Made by a program: the position numbers and the translations under genes. A stretch of 63,302 bases of DNA, counting the filler, from Octopus bimaculoides (Eukaryota), in the NCBI RefSeq assembly GCF_001194135.2. It is 9 parts of 9 records of this genome, joined end to end, with 100 filler letters (N's around TTAATTAATTAA, not from the genome) between each part and the next. Parts side by side here need not be neighbours in the genome. Positions count along the whole stretch, not along the records: positions 61,814 to 63,302 come from NW_026364770.1; 8 more parts are not named here. One strand, given 5' to 3'. The notes beneath the pieces were generated by a model that saw nothing but the letters and a program-made list of their open reading frames with translations, searched no databases and was not told the origin of the DNA. The stretch's first letter is position 1. Each line of letters starts with the position of its first letter. Positions 62,746 through 63,302 of this stretch are shown here, in pieces.

Positions 62746-62919
62746 GTAGCGATGCTTTAGCTGAATTTTCATCCAGTTTGGAAACACTACCTACCCATAT
62801 TGCTATAAAAAGTTAAGACTAGCTACGAGAAATCAAATGTCGCCAGAAAAGTCATTAAGACATACGTGAACAAAGTTCGACCAATCAGATTGGCTGATGT
62901 GTAAGGAAATAGCGAGAGA

Positions 62920-63302
62920 CTTGCAAGAGTTTTGAATTTCTCTACCAAGGATTTCTGCCAGTCTGTTACTAGCATCCTCTGAATGGCGGATTAGGTACGC
63001 CGTGGCTCCTAATGCGCAGACATGCTCTTAGGTTACGTCACTTGCAACGATTTCTGGACGGTGAACGTGTGTGGGCTCCGCTTGTGAGGCCCATCTTTCC
63101 GCAGCTCGTCTCCTGGACAGAGCTGCAGCCCTGGGTGAAGAAAAGAACGAGACTGGGCGTCTGGCACCCAGAATGTCGCCAGGCGCTCACAATCCTTTAC
63201 CAGTGGGGCAATGGGATCGATGGTGTTCCGCTTTAGAAATTTATAGAAGATTGGTTGTGGGGAAGTGCGACGACGTTCTCGGGGAGACTCTGGGTGCCGA
63301 CG
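62920..63302 (+). mobile_element. L1/Tx1-clade LINE ORF2 post-RT fragment, runs off the window end
   Basis: HPLNGGLGTPWLLMRRHALRLRHLQRFLDGERVWAPLV (GGLG.P motif typical of L1/Tx1 ORF2); in-frame stops present. Confidence 0.7.

Noticed and set aside
138-62787. Most ORF-track entries (poly-CV, YI, HT, LS, ER, poly-N/I/L)
   Set aside because: They are translations of di-, tri- and tetranucleotide microsatellites, not proteins.

Overview
Animal genomic DNA from a draft assembly. About 6 kb is N gaps, and eight 100-nt gaps carry an artificial TTAATTAATTAA linker. The repeat families and microsatellite density match what I recall for octopus; this organism call is an unverified inference. I could not confidently identify any host protein-coding exon, rRNA, real tRNA gene or CRISPR array, and nearly all ORF-track entries are microsatellite or gap artefacts. 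The window is mostly transposon relics. These include many tRNA-headed SINEs with swapped modules; LINE fragments of the RTE, R4/Dong, CR1-like and L1/Tx1 types; a Gypsy protease fragment; a Tc1 nested in a mariner-like element; MITEs; and at least four Penelope-like (PLE) remnants. The most interesting signals are four. (1) PLE pieces repeatedly arranged as fold-back palindromes, including a 309-bp TSD-flanked inverted element at 55524-55832 with a minimal hammerhead ribozyme motif in each arm, inserted at the apex of an older SINE-SINE palindrome; a second hammerhead motif lies at 35763-35797. (2) A 572-bp MITE with perfect 37-bp TIRs, inner 71-bp inverted repeats and a telomere-like core. 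(3) Several near-perfect hairpins, e.g. 16524-16587 and 22659-22732. (4) A roughly 20-kb CpG-decayed domain (about 37.2-57.9 kb) that may mark a methylated gene body whose exons I could not find. Element boundaries are approximate unless TIRs or TSDs are quoted.
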